Assembly: GCF_004010195.1 (NCBI RefSeq)
Contig: NC_057740.1
Span: forward strand, 3,891,142 to 3,955,141
Length of the DNA: 64,000 nucleotides
DNA from: Chiloscyllium plagiosum
Lineage: Eukaryota
Direction of reading: 5' to 3'
The notes below the pieces were generated by a model. The model was not told where the DNA came from. It was given only the letters and a program-made list of their open reading frames with translations, and ran no database searches. A program made the translations under genes and the position numbers. Within the stretch, counting starts at the first letter, position 1. Every line of letters begins with the position of its first letter. This document shows positions 26,910-38,327 of the stretch, piece after piece.

Positions 26910-27100
26910 CGGTCCTTGCGCAGGGTGAGCTCCCGGATGGCGGCCTGCAGCTCGCGGTCTTTGCTCATGAGCCGCTCGGCCTGTTCCCGCACGGTCCGCT
27001 CAGCTGCCTCGAGCCGCCGCTCCAGCTCCGTCACTCGGAGGTGCACGGCCGCCAAGTGTGCGTTCGCCTCTTTAATCTGCACCGGGCTCAGCACCGACAT
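26910..27100 (-). CDS. VMAC: Vimentin-type intermediate filament-associated coiled-coil protein, coding exon 1
   Basis: [44 protein letters not shown] matches the VMAC N-terminus as I recall it ([20 protein letters not shown]). Ends CG|GTCAGC (phase 2) and lies in a CpG island. Confidence 0.95.
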
Positions 27101-27181
27101 GCTGCCTAGCGGTGACCGCGCTCACGTAGAGAGACCGAGACCGACTCTACATGAGCCTCAACGCCGCTACGAAAGCATCGG

Positions 27182-27378
27182 GCAGGCCCCGCACCGGGCA
27201 GTCAGCGCGCAGGCGCAGAGCAGGCCCCACGCCGGGCGGTCAGCGCGCAGGCGCAGAGCAGGCCCCACGCCGGGCGGTCAGCGCGCAGGCGCAGAGCAGG
27301 CCCCGCGCCGGGAGGACAGTCCGCATGTGCTAGGCGGACTCCTGGACCGGGCGGTCAGCGCGCAGGCGCAGAGCAGGC
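27182..27378. repeat. 38-bp GC-rich minisatellite in the VMAC promoter
   Basis: Unit gcaggccccacgccgggcggtcagcgcgcaggcgcaga starts at 27182, 27220 and 27258, is partial at 27296, and has a detached partial copy at 27347-27378. Confidence 0.9.
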
Positions 27379-28793
27379 GTATACGCCGTGCCGGCCCGCG
27401 AACAGTGTGGGCAGGGCGCATGCGCAGGGCTGCTCCCACACCGACCTGGGAGGAAAGGGTGTAGTCGCCGGTGCTGACCTCTCCGTCATTGTGGGCCCCA
27501 CCTGAGGCTCAGGGCCTGAGGAAAATGGCGCAGAAACAAACCGGCGGCAGGATTGACAGGCAGTTGAAGTAGAATGTAGACATGTAATTTGAGGGAGGGC
27601 TGTTCGACCTGTAATGTTAACTCTGATTTCTCTCGACAGAGCTGCTGAGCTTTTCCAGCACTTTCTGTTTCTGTCAGTGTGAGCTGCGGAATTGGGTAGG
27701 CAGTAGCTTACCTGGGTAAGAATGACGTGGCAGATAGGAGCATTTTTATATTCAAGAATTTAAGTGCCTAATGATGGTTTTAAAAACCCTCTGACACACT
27801 AATGTCCTTCATGACAGAAAATCTGCCATAGTTGTGGTCTGGCCTACATGTGGTTCCAGACTCCAATGTGGTTGACTCAACTGCCCACTGACCTGGGTTA
27901 TTAAGCCATGCAGTTGTATCAGTCACAGATAAGTCTCAAAAAGAAATTGGATGGAATATCCCAGCACTGAAAACAACAACGAAAACAGTCCTATTGACTT
28001 TGTAATAGCCTCCTTCCTACCATCTAGGATGGAGTGCCACAATTTTAAATCAAAATGTTTTTTGCAAGTTCATCCAAATCACATCATTGACAATATCAGC
28101 TCCTGCCCCTCTCATTAGATCGAGTTCAATGAGGCAAAAGTTAAGCATGGTTTACGTTTTCCAATCTTGCTGGTGTTCTTTATATTTGCATTTATTTAAA
28201 AACAAATCAATTTCAAAGTAATTGAACTTGTAACTTTCAAGAGACTCCTGGCTGAATGAGTGCATTTGCTGGAATTTAAAAAACTCTCAAATAGCACCAC
28301 TGCTGTGAACTCAATGACTGACATTACTATTTATCTGGCAAATGCTGTTAATGCCAGCGCTAAACCAGAGAAAAAAAAACAGCCAGACTGGATAATATTA
28401 CAGTCAAAAGAATAAAGGAAACTTACCAAACCCAGCTTGACAGTAAACAAGGTGAATAATGACTCCCAGAATAAAATCAGTGCTTAAATCCTTGCTGTTT
28501 TAGTTTACAGCAGCACAGTGAGTGAGCAGTTTCTGCTGATCAGCCACAATACTAAAACAGTGGTTTCATCAGAACAATTTAATTTCTATCCAGTGTCCAG
28601 ACTGAAGTGAACTTTTTCCTCTGCCATGGAAAAAGTGCTTGAAGTTGATTGTGAAGGATCAACTGCTTCAGTTCAAAGTCTCTTCAGAGTTCAGTCAACA
28701 CCATCTGCGAGATGTCAGTGGAATTAGTCCAAAGATCAGTGGATGGGACTACAGCTGCCAAGAAGTTACTCAGTCTGCAGTTTGTCCCTTTAA

Positions 28794-28852
28794 TTACACA
28801 GTACTTTGTTTTTCCTCTTTGTTCAGTTCCTTAGGCAGAGAAATTCTCAATG
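28794..28852 (-). CDS. Candidate terminal coding exon of the FYB/PRAM1-like gene (ALRISLPKELNKEEKQSTV*)
   Basis: catcattgtttcag acceptor, phase 1 compatible with the 37856 donor, TAA stop, and a minus-strand AATAAA at ~28191-28196. No homology support. Confidence 0.35.
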
Positions 28853-29198
28853 CTGAAACAATGATGCTACTTTAAACAGTTATTCATTACAAAACATAAT
28901 GTGGCAAAAAGATTAAGCCATGAAAACACAAGCAAAAAAAAAAAAGAAAAGCCTAATTTGGTTTGTTTTTCAAAAAAAGGGTTCATTCATGGGATGTGGT
29001 TATTACTGACTTCTCAAAACTCACTAGCTTATTACCAATCCGTACTGCACAACCATATTGAGAGTCAACCATATTGTTGTGGGTCCAGAGTCACATGTAG
29101 GCCAGACCAGGTAAAGATAGCAGTTTCTTTCCCTAAAAAAAGGAAGTGAACAGGATAAGTGGACAGTTTGTAGAAATATATTAAAAGTAAGGCTGTTC

Positions 29199-29499
29199 AA
29201 AGTTTGGGAGAAGATTTGTAGCTTGGGTGCTCGTTGTGGTTCTGTTCGCCAAGCTGGGAATTTGTGTTGCAGACGTTTCGTCCCCTGTCTAAGCACATCG
29301 ACCTGGACCCAATATACCAGCCACTGCAGCAGACAGCTGGAACTGACAACTGGAAGCAGCAGATACAAATCACTATAAGTGCCGGAGGAAACATTACAGA
29401 AGCGCTTCACAGGAGGGTCCCAAGCACTGAGGATGTCACCTAGACAGGGGACGAAACGTCTGCAACACAAATTCTCAGCTCGGCGAACAGAACCACAAC
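29199..29499. mobile_element. Non-autonomous PLE cassette (same family as 890-1470) with intact hammerhead
   Basis: Inverted terminal segments, 13-bp TSD agtaaggctgttc, hammerhead at 29424-29463. Confidence 0.9.
29424..29463 (+). ncRNA. Minimal type I hammerhead ribozyme motif
   Basis: GCA-CTGAGGA-T-[GTCACCT agac AGGGGAC]-GAAA-C-GTC^TGC: stem I GCA/TGC, stem II, conserved core and GUC cleavage triplet. Confidence 0.8.
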
Positions 29500-30283
29500 A
29501 GTAAGGCTGTTCCAGACAACACTGCCAAGGTTAACTAATATTAATTAACCTAGGCTCCTCAGCACACATCAGGAAGTGACTAAACCACACAAGTGTGCAG
29601 TCAGTGTACCAGGCCATAACTTTATTTGAAGATAACAAAAGGTTAAGAGTTAAACTTAATGCTTTTAACAACTCTATTTCAGACTATCTAATTCTTTAGA
29701 AAGTTAAAATACTTCCCAAGTACAGGTAACTTTTGCTGATCAGTTGAATTGTTCAGTCTGTACCTCTCTTGGGTTGGAGGATGAACCACGCTGGTCACTG
29801 CTATACTCCAACATACCTTTAGGTCACCTGAAGAGTGGGGTTCCCCAAGGTCTGCTGGGCTTGGTTCTTATACCCATCTGGATACTTTATGGAACTTTCT
29901 AAGGACTTGAGCAATCAGAGGTTTCGGATTAATTGGCTTTATCACCTTGAAATGCTGCTAATTGGCTCTCAATGGTTCGCTTCACAGTGACCCCTTAACA
30001 GTGTCTGCTTTTGGGCATGGAAGTCTGGTTTTGTCTCAGAATATATACCTGTTTTTTTGTCTTACTGAGGCATGTCTGCTCTATGCATCTAGAGTTATGT
30101 TTGTCAGGAAAGGTTGAGATGCCCTTTCACACATCCTAATGTGTTCTGATGCCTCTCTCGTTGCAATTATCTGAGCATAGATCTTGCAAGGACTCATCCC
30201 TGGGCAGAATTGTCTCTCGTGTCTGTCTTGGCTCAGGCATTCCCAGCATACTTTGCTTTTTGGCCAATTTTAAACCCTATTTA

Positions 30284-30456
30284 CAAAGGAACCTCGATTA
30301 TCGAATTGAGGCGGGTGGGAAGTATTTCGTTCGGTTAATCGAATTTCGGACAATCGAATGCTGGATAACATAGTTTAACCAAGCATCGGACCTTGCAACC
30401 TTGCTGGGTAATCCGATATTCAGATAACCCAATGCCAGATAATCGAGTATCCTCTA
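30284..30456. mobile_element. Tc1-mariner/Tigger-like MITE
   Basis: TA|CAAAGGAACCTCGATTATC...GATAATCGAGTATCCTCTA|TA imperfect TIRs with TA duplication. Confidence 0.75.
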
Positions 30457-32229
30457 TATTTCAGTTGTTGTGCCTGTATTTCTGGCCTCCCTTTTTAATG
30501 ATTTTTTTTCACTTGAGCAGTTGCAGGCAGCTACAGCAGCACCAAAGTCACAAAACACATCTGGGGAAAAATAAGAGGTTCTCATACGTGTCCTCTTAAT
30601 TTTAAAATTACTTGTGTGTAATTAATTTGTATGTATTTTGTAACTACAGTGATTTCTTTTAGAACAGATTTTGAACGCTAGCTTTGGAGTGAAGGAGTTT
30701 TGGTACATTGATGGACTTTTGTTTATTTTAGAATGTTGCGATGCAGAATGATAAATAATGAGGCCTCAAGGGTTTGATAGAGTTCTGAAAACTAGTTTGT
30801 TTTTAAGCTTGGGGGAGGTGCCCTTGGTGGGTGAGAAAAATCGTTTAGTTTCACTTTTAACTATAAGTAGTTTTTTAGTCTTGAGAAGACCTTGGAACAG
30901 GATGGCTGTATTGAACATACTGTGGAGAAGAGAAGGCTGTAGTAAGTTACGTCCTCAGAATGAAATGTTCATGTTGTTTCCAGACCAGATAAAATCCTGG
31001 AAATTTTTATTTTCACTGAGTGCAGTGAAGCTCCAGTGTATGACAGTTCCACAGAAGCTATCACAGTTGCAGTTCAAATATTGAACCCCCAAATGACTCA
31101 TAACCTGTAAGGTGTTAGATACAGGGATGCTGATGTATTATATGAAAGGTGTTTTGGGAATTGTACCAGGCATGGTGTTTTGGGCATTATCCAAAAGCTG
31201 TTTATTCCCTTTTCAATTTAGAAAGGAATGTTTTGGAATTTATGGATTTATACTTTCAAATTCTGTTTAAAATCTTTGAATTAGTATGATAAAATCAGTA
31301 CAGTGGTGAGACAGGCCCATTGCATTCATACCGACCCTTGGAAAAGCATCCCACTGTCCATATTCTCTGTATATCCCTGTATTCTCCATGGCTAATCCAC
31401 TAGCCTGCACATACCTGGACACTATAGGCAATTTAACATGGCCAATCCACCTAAACTGTACATCCTTGGATTAGTTAGGATTATTCTATTTTATCTGCAT
31501 CCTTTAACAGATTGGATTCACAATTAGTTTGATGATAGGAAGCAGAGGGTAATAGTGAAAGGATGCTTGCCGGACAGGAGGGCTGTGACTAGTGGTGTGC
31601 TTCAGGGGTCGGTGCTGGGCCCTTTGCTGTTTGTTATCTATTTCAAGGATGTGGATGAGAATGTACAAGGCATGATTAGTAAGTTTGCAGATGACGGTAA
31701 AATAGGCAGTATTGTAGACCGTGAGGAAGGTTATCAGAAATCACAGCAGGACCTTGATCAGATGGGGAAGTCCGCTGAGAAATGGCAAATGGAGTTTAAT
31801 ATAGATAAGTGTGAGGTCTTGCATTTTGGAAAGTCAGATCAAGGTAGGAGTTTCATGGTGAATGACAAGGCCTTAAGGAGTGTAGTGAAACAGAGGGACC
31901 TTGGAGTTCAGGTCCAAGGCTCTTTGAAAGTGGAGTCACAGATAGACAGGGCAGTGAAGGTGGCTTTCGGCACACTGGCCTTCGTCAATTAGGGCAGTGA
32001 GTATAGAAGTTGGGAAGTTATGTTGCAGTTGAACAGGAGGTTGGTGAGGCAGCACTTGGAATATTGTGTTCAATTTTGGTCATCTTGCTAAAAGAAGGAT
32101 ATTATTAAACTGGAAAGATTGCACATGAAATTTACAAGGATGTTGCCAGGACTCAAGGGTCTGAGTTATAGGGAGAGGTTGGACAAGCGAGGACTTTTTT
32201 CTTTAGAAGGAAACTAACAGTGTATAAGA

Positions 32230-33187
32230 TCAGAGCTGAAAAATGTGTTGCTGGAAAAGCACAGCAGGTCAGGCAGCATCCAAGGAGCAGGGGAATCGAC
32301 GTTTCGGGCATGAGCCCTTCTTCAGGAATGAGGAAGGTGTGCCAAGCAGGCTGAGATAAAAGGTAAGGAGGGACTTGGGGGAGGGGCATTGGGAATGCGG
32401 TAGGTGGAAGGAGGTTAAGGTTAGGGTGATAGGCCAGAGAGGGGGTGGGGGCGGAGAGGTCGGGAAGAAGATTGCAGGTCAAGAAGGTGGTNNNNNNNNN
32501 NNNNNNNNNNNNNNNNNNNNNNNNNNNNNNNNNNNNNNNNNNNNNNNNNNNNNNNNNNNNNNNNNNNNNNNNNNNNNNNNNNNNNNNNNNNNNNNNNNNN
32601 NNNNNNNNNNNNNNNNNNNNNNNNNNNNNNNNNNNNNNNNNNNNNNNNNNNNNNNNNNNNNNNNNNNNNNNNNNNNNNNNNNNNNNNNNNNNNNNNNNNN
32701 NNNNNNNNNNNNNNNNNNNNNNNNNNNNNNNNNNNNNNNNNNNNNNNNNNNNNNNNNNNNNNNNNNNNNNNNNNNNNNNNNNNNNNNNNNNNNNNNNNNN
32801 NNNNNNNNNNNNNNNNNNNNNNNNNNNNNNNNNNNNNNNNNNNNNNNNNNNNNNNNNNNNNNNNNNNNGCTGATAGGGGAGGGGAGGGAAATATATCCTT
32901 GGTTGTGGGGTCTGTTTGGAGGTGGCAGAAATGATGAAGGATGATACGATGTACCTGGAAGTTGGTGGGGTGGTAGGTGAGGACTAGTGGGGTTCTGTAC
33001 TGGCGGCGATTGGAGGAGTGGGGTTCAAGGGCAGAGGAGAGGCAAGTGGAGGAGATGCGGTGGAAAGCATCGTCAACCACGTCTGAGGGGAAATTGCAGT
33101 CTTTGAAGAAGGAGGCCATCTGGGTTGTTCGGTTTTGGAACTGGTCCTCCTGGGAGCAGATGCGGCGGAGGCGAAGGAATTGGGAAT
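32230..33187 (-). mobile_element. PLE (spans assembly gap) with terminal hammerhead
   Basis: MASFFKDCNFPSDVVDDAF..PLVLTYHP PLE RT C-terminal fragment. CTGAAGA..gggc tcat gccc..GAAAcgtc at ~32295-32328(-). Confidence 0.85.
32492..32868. other. Assembly gap (N run)
   Basis: Continuous Ns. Confidence 1.
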
Positions 33188-34807
33188 ATCATGAGAGGCA
33201 TGGATAGGGTAAAAGCACTCAGTCTTTTTCCCAGAGCTGAGGAATCGAGGATTTGAGGGCATCAGTTTAAGGTTAGAGGGGAAAGAATAAAAAGGAACCT
33301 GAGGGGAAACTTTTTTACACAGAGGGTCGTATGCATATGGAATGAGCTGCCAGCAGAAGTGGTTGAGGCCGGTACATTAACAACATTTAAAAGGCATTTG
33401 GATAAATATATGGATAGGAAAGGATTAGAAGAATTTGGGCCAAATTTAGGGAAATGGGGTTAATGTGGATGGACATTTTGGTCAGCATGGACTAGTTTGG
33501 ACCAAAGGGCCTATCTCTGTGCTGTAGGACTCTGAGTCTATAACAATAAAATAATTTTAATACAAAGGCAAAATCTGCTGCATTGCCTGCTTATGCTTCA
33601 ATGAGAGACCACTTTATTATAATCAAAACAAATGAAATATGACCTATCAAGCCAGTTCCTGAAGGTGACCCAACTTATCTGGTAATAATATCTGCTGGGG
33701 TCGTAACAGCATTCAGATACAGAGTCTTTAGCTTTATCTTTTTCTCATCATTGTAAAATTTAGTGTTGATCATTGGTGTACTCCTCAGTTTTAACTCCCT
33801 GTCTTTTTCCGAGTCTTATTTTCCATGTGACAATTTTCCTTTTTTACCTTGCTTCTCCTTTTTTATATACTATATCTTTTCACATTTAATCTTTACCTCC
33901 CTCTATTTAGTTTTAAACCCTCCTGAGCTATGTGGTTCACAACAACACTGGCCCCAGCAAAATTAAAGGTATAGACCACCCTAACACTACAGCCCTTGCT
34001 TTCTTCAATACTGGTGCATATGTCCCATGGACTGGAATATAATTCCCTCACACCAGCTTTTGAACCACATATTCATTGCTCTAATTTTATGTGCCTGATG
34101 CCATCGTGACCATCCTTGGTTTTACATTTTAGGTTCTGGTTTTCAATTTAGTGCCAAGTCCCTCATACACACTATGCAGAACCTCTTTCCTTGTTCATTG
34201 GTACTTGCATGGATAATGAATGTTAGATCCTCCCTCTTGCACTGCAGATTTCTTCCCAGCCCTGAGAAGACGTTCTGAACCCTGGCACATGCAGACAACA
34301 CAGCTGTCTGGGCACTCATTCCTGACTTCACTTCTGTTAGCTTCATCCATCTTCCCAATGCAGGCTATTTGAACTCCAAAAGGTGAATGATATTGTGATC
34401 TCTGCACTGATGTCCTGAATGGCATACCCAGAACAACCCAGTCACTTCCAGAGCAATCTGATCAACATCAGAACCAAATGGTCTCTCACACAAACACGCA
34501 GACATAGTGTGGGTAAAACCTGAGAATAATCTGGTAAAACTGGAGCAACCCAGGCACATGAAGAATTATTCAGGAACTCTTCCCACCCCAAAAACAAACC
34601 AGTCACCCCCCAGAACAATCCAAGCAGCCCATTGCACAAGTAAACCAGACACTTGGCATGACATGGATCTCAACGTACAAGCCGTTCAATCTCGTCATTC
34701 ACTGGCATTTGAGAGACAATTAGTAGTATCAGCGTGGCCTCCTAGGAAGCCTGTAAAGGACAGTTTTGTAGTTCACTGGCCTGTGCAAATCACCAGAGGA
34801 CATTGGT

Positions 34808-35108
34808 GGGCGGCACATTGGCACAGTGGTTAGCACTGCTGCCTCACAGCGCCGGAGACCCGGGTTCAATTCCCGCCTCAGGCGACTGACTGTGTGGAGT
34901 TTGCACGTTCTCCCCGTGTCTGCGTGGGTTTCCTCCGGGTGCTCCACAGTCCAAAGATGTGCAGGTCAGGTGAATTGGCTATGCTTAATTGCCCGTAGAG
35001 TCAGGTAAGGGGTAAATGTAGGGGTATGGGTGGGTTGCGCTTCGGCAGGTCGGTGTGGACTTGTTGGGCTGAAGGGCCTGTTTCTACACTGTAAGTAATC
35101 TAATCTAA
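34808..35108 (+). mobile_element. HE1-type SINE (young) inserted in an old minus-strand PLE relic (~34370-35300)
   Basis: CpG-rich near-consensus HE1 with a taatctaatcta tail. Confidence 0.85.
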
Positions 35109-36134
35109 AGGACAAGTGGCTTGTTATGGGCCTGACAGAACATTGATGCATTGAGGGAACAGAAAGCTTTAGAATCGATGAGCAACACTGCACCACCATC
35201 AGACTACTCATAGTGGAGTCCTCCACACACAGCATCACAGAAATCAGCCACTATAATAATATCTTTCATATTTGACCAATTGTTCCTTCTCAAGGCTGAA
35301 ATAACCAAACCCTGGGACTCAGGAATCTGCCATTCAGCCCCCTTGGTACTGCTCCACTATTCAATAAGATCATGGTTGATCTGTTTGCAATCTCAAATCC
35401 ATTTTCCTATCTTCTCCCAATACCCTCTCAGTTCCCTAACTATCAAAACAGAATCTATAATCTATTTCCTCATCCTTCTGTGGGGATCCCTTACTTTAAA
35501 GGAGACTCCTTACAGTATCACCTATCCAGTTCCTCATGAACGTTCATTTAGAACAATGCATTTGTCAGCTCCTCCATGGTTAGACAGGGGATCTCAGGAG
35601 GACAAATGCTCCCTATTGATAGGAATTAACTGGATGGGTAAGCGATTTCTGTTGAAATGAGACGTTGATTTATGCTCTCTACCACTGGCATATATTGCGA
35701 GAAGTTCATTTAAATCAGCAAATTGTCATACTAGCCCAAGCAGCAAATGACACTGGGTAACCTCTTTGTTCAGTTTAACCCTCCCCTTATCCAGTTCCTA
35801 AATCTCTCCCTTTCCCTCCAGGAGGCCTTGAATACCACTCGAACCAGCATATTGAGAGTCACCTTTGCTCCACAATGGGGTATTTTACTGCCAAATTGCC
35901 ACTTTTTGAGGAGTGAAACAGACTTTTACATTAGTGTCCCTTATCAGTTTGTCATTCTCTTAGATATCCAAAATCGCCATTAAACACAGCTGAACTTTCG
36001 TTTTCCCCCAACCATTTCACTCCTCTTACTTTTCACCTGTTATCCACCACTGCTAAATCATATATGTTTCCAACTAATCAATTTATCTGCAGAGTTGGGT
36101 AAGGACAGTGCAATGACACCAAAGATTTGGGGAA

Positions 36135-36254
36135 ATGTCTACTGCATTTGGTATTCCCAGGTAGTATCCCATCCATGTACTAACCAGGCTTGAATTTGCT
36201 TAGCTTTCAAGATCAGACAAGAGCATAGATTTTCAGACTAGACCGGCTGTAGGC
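36135..36254 (-). pseudogene. Dispersed 5S rRNA pseudogene
   Basis: Reverse complement reads GCCTACAGCC...GATCTTGAAAGCTAAGC...GCCTGGTTAGTACATGGATGGGA...CCTGGGAATACC...GTAG. Full-length 5S with many substitutions, single copy. Confidence 0.85.
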
Positions 36255-37855
36255 ATCGGTTTGGCATTAGGTTGCCATGATATTATTGCTACCTGGGTTT
36301 CCAAATTTTTGCCAGGTCAATTATCAGCAAACAGTGACAAATAACAATGCAGCCTTTGCTTCTGAAAGGGGTTGTCGATTGATGCAAGGAAACCATTTTC
36401 TTAATGAAATCATGCAAATTTTCCACATACTTATGATTTTCCACACTTACAAGCCATAGTTTATTTAAAAAAAGCATTTATTCCAGTTAGAACTAATTAG
36501 AGTACAACATCAAGGAATCAATAACAGCAAAATATCAAGATAAAATATGGCAAAAATTACAATAAACAATGAATTGTGTATCTTGTAAAGAAAACTATGA
36601 TCAAAGTGGCAGCAAGAGAGGCACCCAGTTATAACCACCACTCCCAATAAATGTAACCATGTAACCTGACACAATAATTAGTTGTTATTTCAGTCTTGCC
36701 TCATTTGTAATGAGACTAATTGAATACTACTGATAATCCAAAACTTCTGATTCCAACTTTGCGGATGGAAATTGCTGGCCTCAGGGTGTTGCTGATGTAA
36801 CTAGGTGTAGGAAGCCTAGAATTGCTGGAGATCAACTCCACCATGCAGTTCTGAATCCTAATACTTTGACCAACGGAATGTGCTGTCCTCTGGCTGTTAG
36901 TTGTTGCAGTACCTGCCTTAATATAGTCAAAAGAAATACCATTGAGAAAAAAAAATGCTCTGACCAAATTGGTCACATTTCTTTGAGATGATGCATTTAC
37001 CAGTTCTGGAGAGTAAGTTAATTTCTACTAGTTTGCAAACACAAGGTGAGCTCAGTTGCAAGCTCCTAGACTAGAAATTGGTTTGTGCCAGTTTTCTGCA
37101 TACAGGTTACAAATCATGTTCCGCTCAAACTCTTAGACAGAGGACAGCAGCACACAAATTTGTCACTATGACATCATTTAGCTGATTCACTGTGCAGTGC
37201 GTGCAATCAGCAGATGGTGCAATCAACACCTTGTTCTCACACCCAATCTATCCCTCAAAAGGAGGCTGCATTAAATCACACAGGCTCACTGAGTGCTCCT
37301 GGTGCAATTGTAAGTAAGGAAAATGGAACATCAGGGCAGAGTGACAAATCCAGTGTCTGTGCCTTCTGAAAAAATGATGGCGGCTGCCTGGGCCATGCTG
37401 AAAGCAGTTGGTGGAACACTCAGGAGAGTGTTCAATTGCACCATCTCAGTGGTGCTATAGATCCAAATGTTGGACCCGTTGTCCCTTAGTCCCAAATTGT
37501 TTCAAGGTCAAGTGATATAGACTGCTATATGTGCATTTTGTGTACCTATCCAATTCAAATCAGAGTAGTCAATGCTCAAGTGTCATTTGTGTCATTGTTT
37601 AAGAGCGATATGCATTGGACTTTTTTTTTAGATTAGATTCCCTACAGTGTGGAAACAGGCCCTTTGGCCCAACTAGTCCACACTGATCCTCCGAAGAGTA
37701 ACCCACCCAGACCCATTCCCCATATTTACCCCTGATTAATGCACTTAACTCTATAGGCAATTTAGCATGGCCAATTCACCTAAACTGTACATCATACAAA
37801 CAATCTCGATGAGTAAACAAACAACAAAACACTTTAGAAAAAGAAACTTCTGTAC

Positions 37856-37884
37856 CTGTATTGCCAACATCGTCATAGATAATG
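37856..37884 (-). CDS. FYB/PRAM1-like short exon (IIYDDVGNT)
   Basis: atatttgcag|C ATT ATC TAT GAC GAT GTT GGC AAT ACA G|gtacag. A YDDV motif in a short phase 2 to phase 1 exon. Confidence 0.7.
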
Positions 37885-38327
37885 CTGCAAATATAGATAG
37901 CACAGAGTGTTACTGAGAGAAAGGGATTAAATACGCTGCAATATAGTCATTATTCATTTGGAATAATAATTACTATTGAAGTGAAATTCAGTGAATATTT
38001 AGAATCATACAGTCATATATCATAGAAACAGCTCCTGTGGCCTGACTCATTCAGGCTGACCAGATTTCCTAAACTGAACTTGTCCCATTTGCCTGCATTT
38101 AGCCTATATCCTTTTAAATCTTTTCTATACATGTACTTGTCCAAATGGCTTTTAAATGTTATAATTGTACCCATTTCGACTGCTTCCTCTGGCAGCTCAT
38201 TCCACACATGCACTATGAAAATGTTGTTCCTCACGTCTCTTTTAAGTCTTTCCCCTCTCACCTTAAACTTATGCCCTCAACTTTGGACCCCTCTATCTTG
38301 GAAAATTATGTTGGCTATTTGCCTTAT

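Larger units (their letters stand above)
26780..27560. promoter_or_regulatory. CpG island / VMAC promoter with NRF1 and YY1-like motifs
   Basis: High GC and CpG density against a CpG-poor background. GCGCATGCGCA at 27416-27426, four GCGCAGGCGCA copies, and AAAATGGCG at ~27522. Confidence 0.85.
31505..33540 (+). mobile_element. CR1/HER1 LINE RT and 3' end, with nested PLE
   Basis: SGVLQGSVLGPLLFVIY..ISKFADDGKI..KWQMEFNIDKCEVLHFG. Resumes at ~33188. Confidence 0.9.

Noticed and set aside
27182-27378. Direct repeats resembling a CRISPR array
   Set aside because: The units are contiguous with no unique spacers, the context is eukaryotic, and there are no cas genes.
26796-27464. 222-aa plus-strand ORF over the CpG island
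   Set aside because: It is the antisense shadow of VMAC exon 1 plus the GC-rich 38-bp repeat; stops are rare in such sequence.
27480-28200. NDUFA11 or CAPS next to VMAC as in human
   Set aside because: I recognised no matching peptide in any frame in the window.
32375-33119. Long ORFs across 32.4-33.1 kb
   Set aside because: These are artefacts of the N run; the flanks are PLE sequence.
36716-36912. Alternative terminal exon for the FYB-like gene (GTATTNSQ...)
   Set aside because: The phase fits and AATAAA follows, but there is no homology and it cannot be ranked against the 28.8 kb or 30.5 kb candidates without transcripts.
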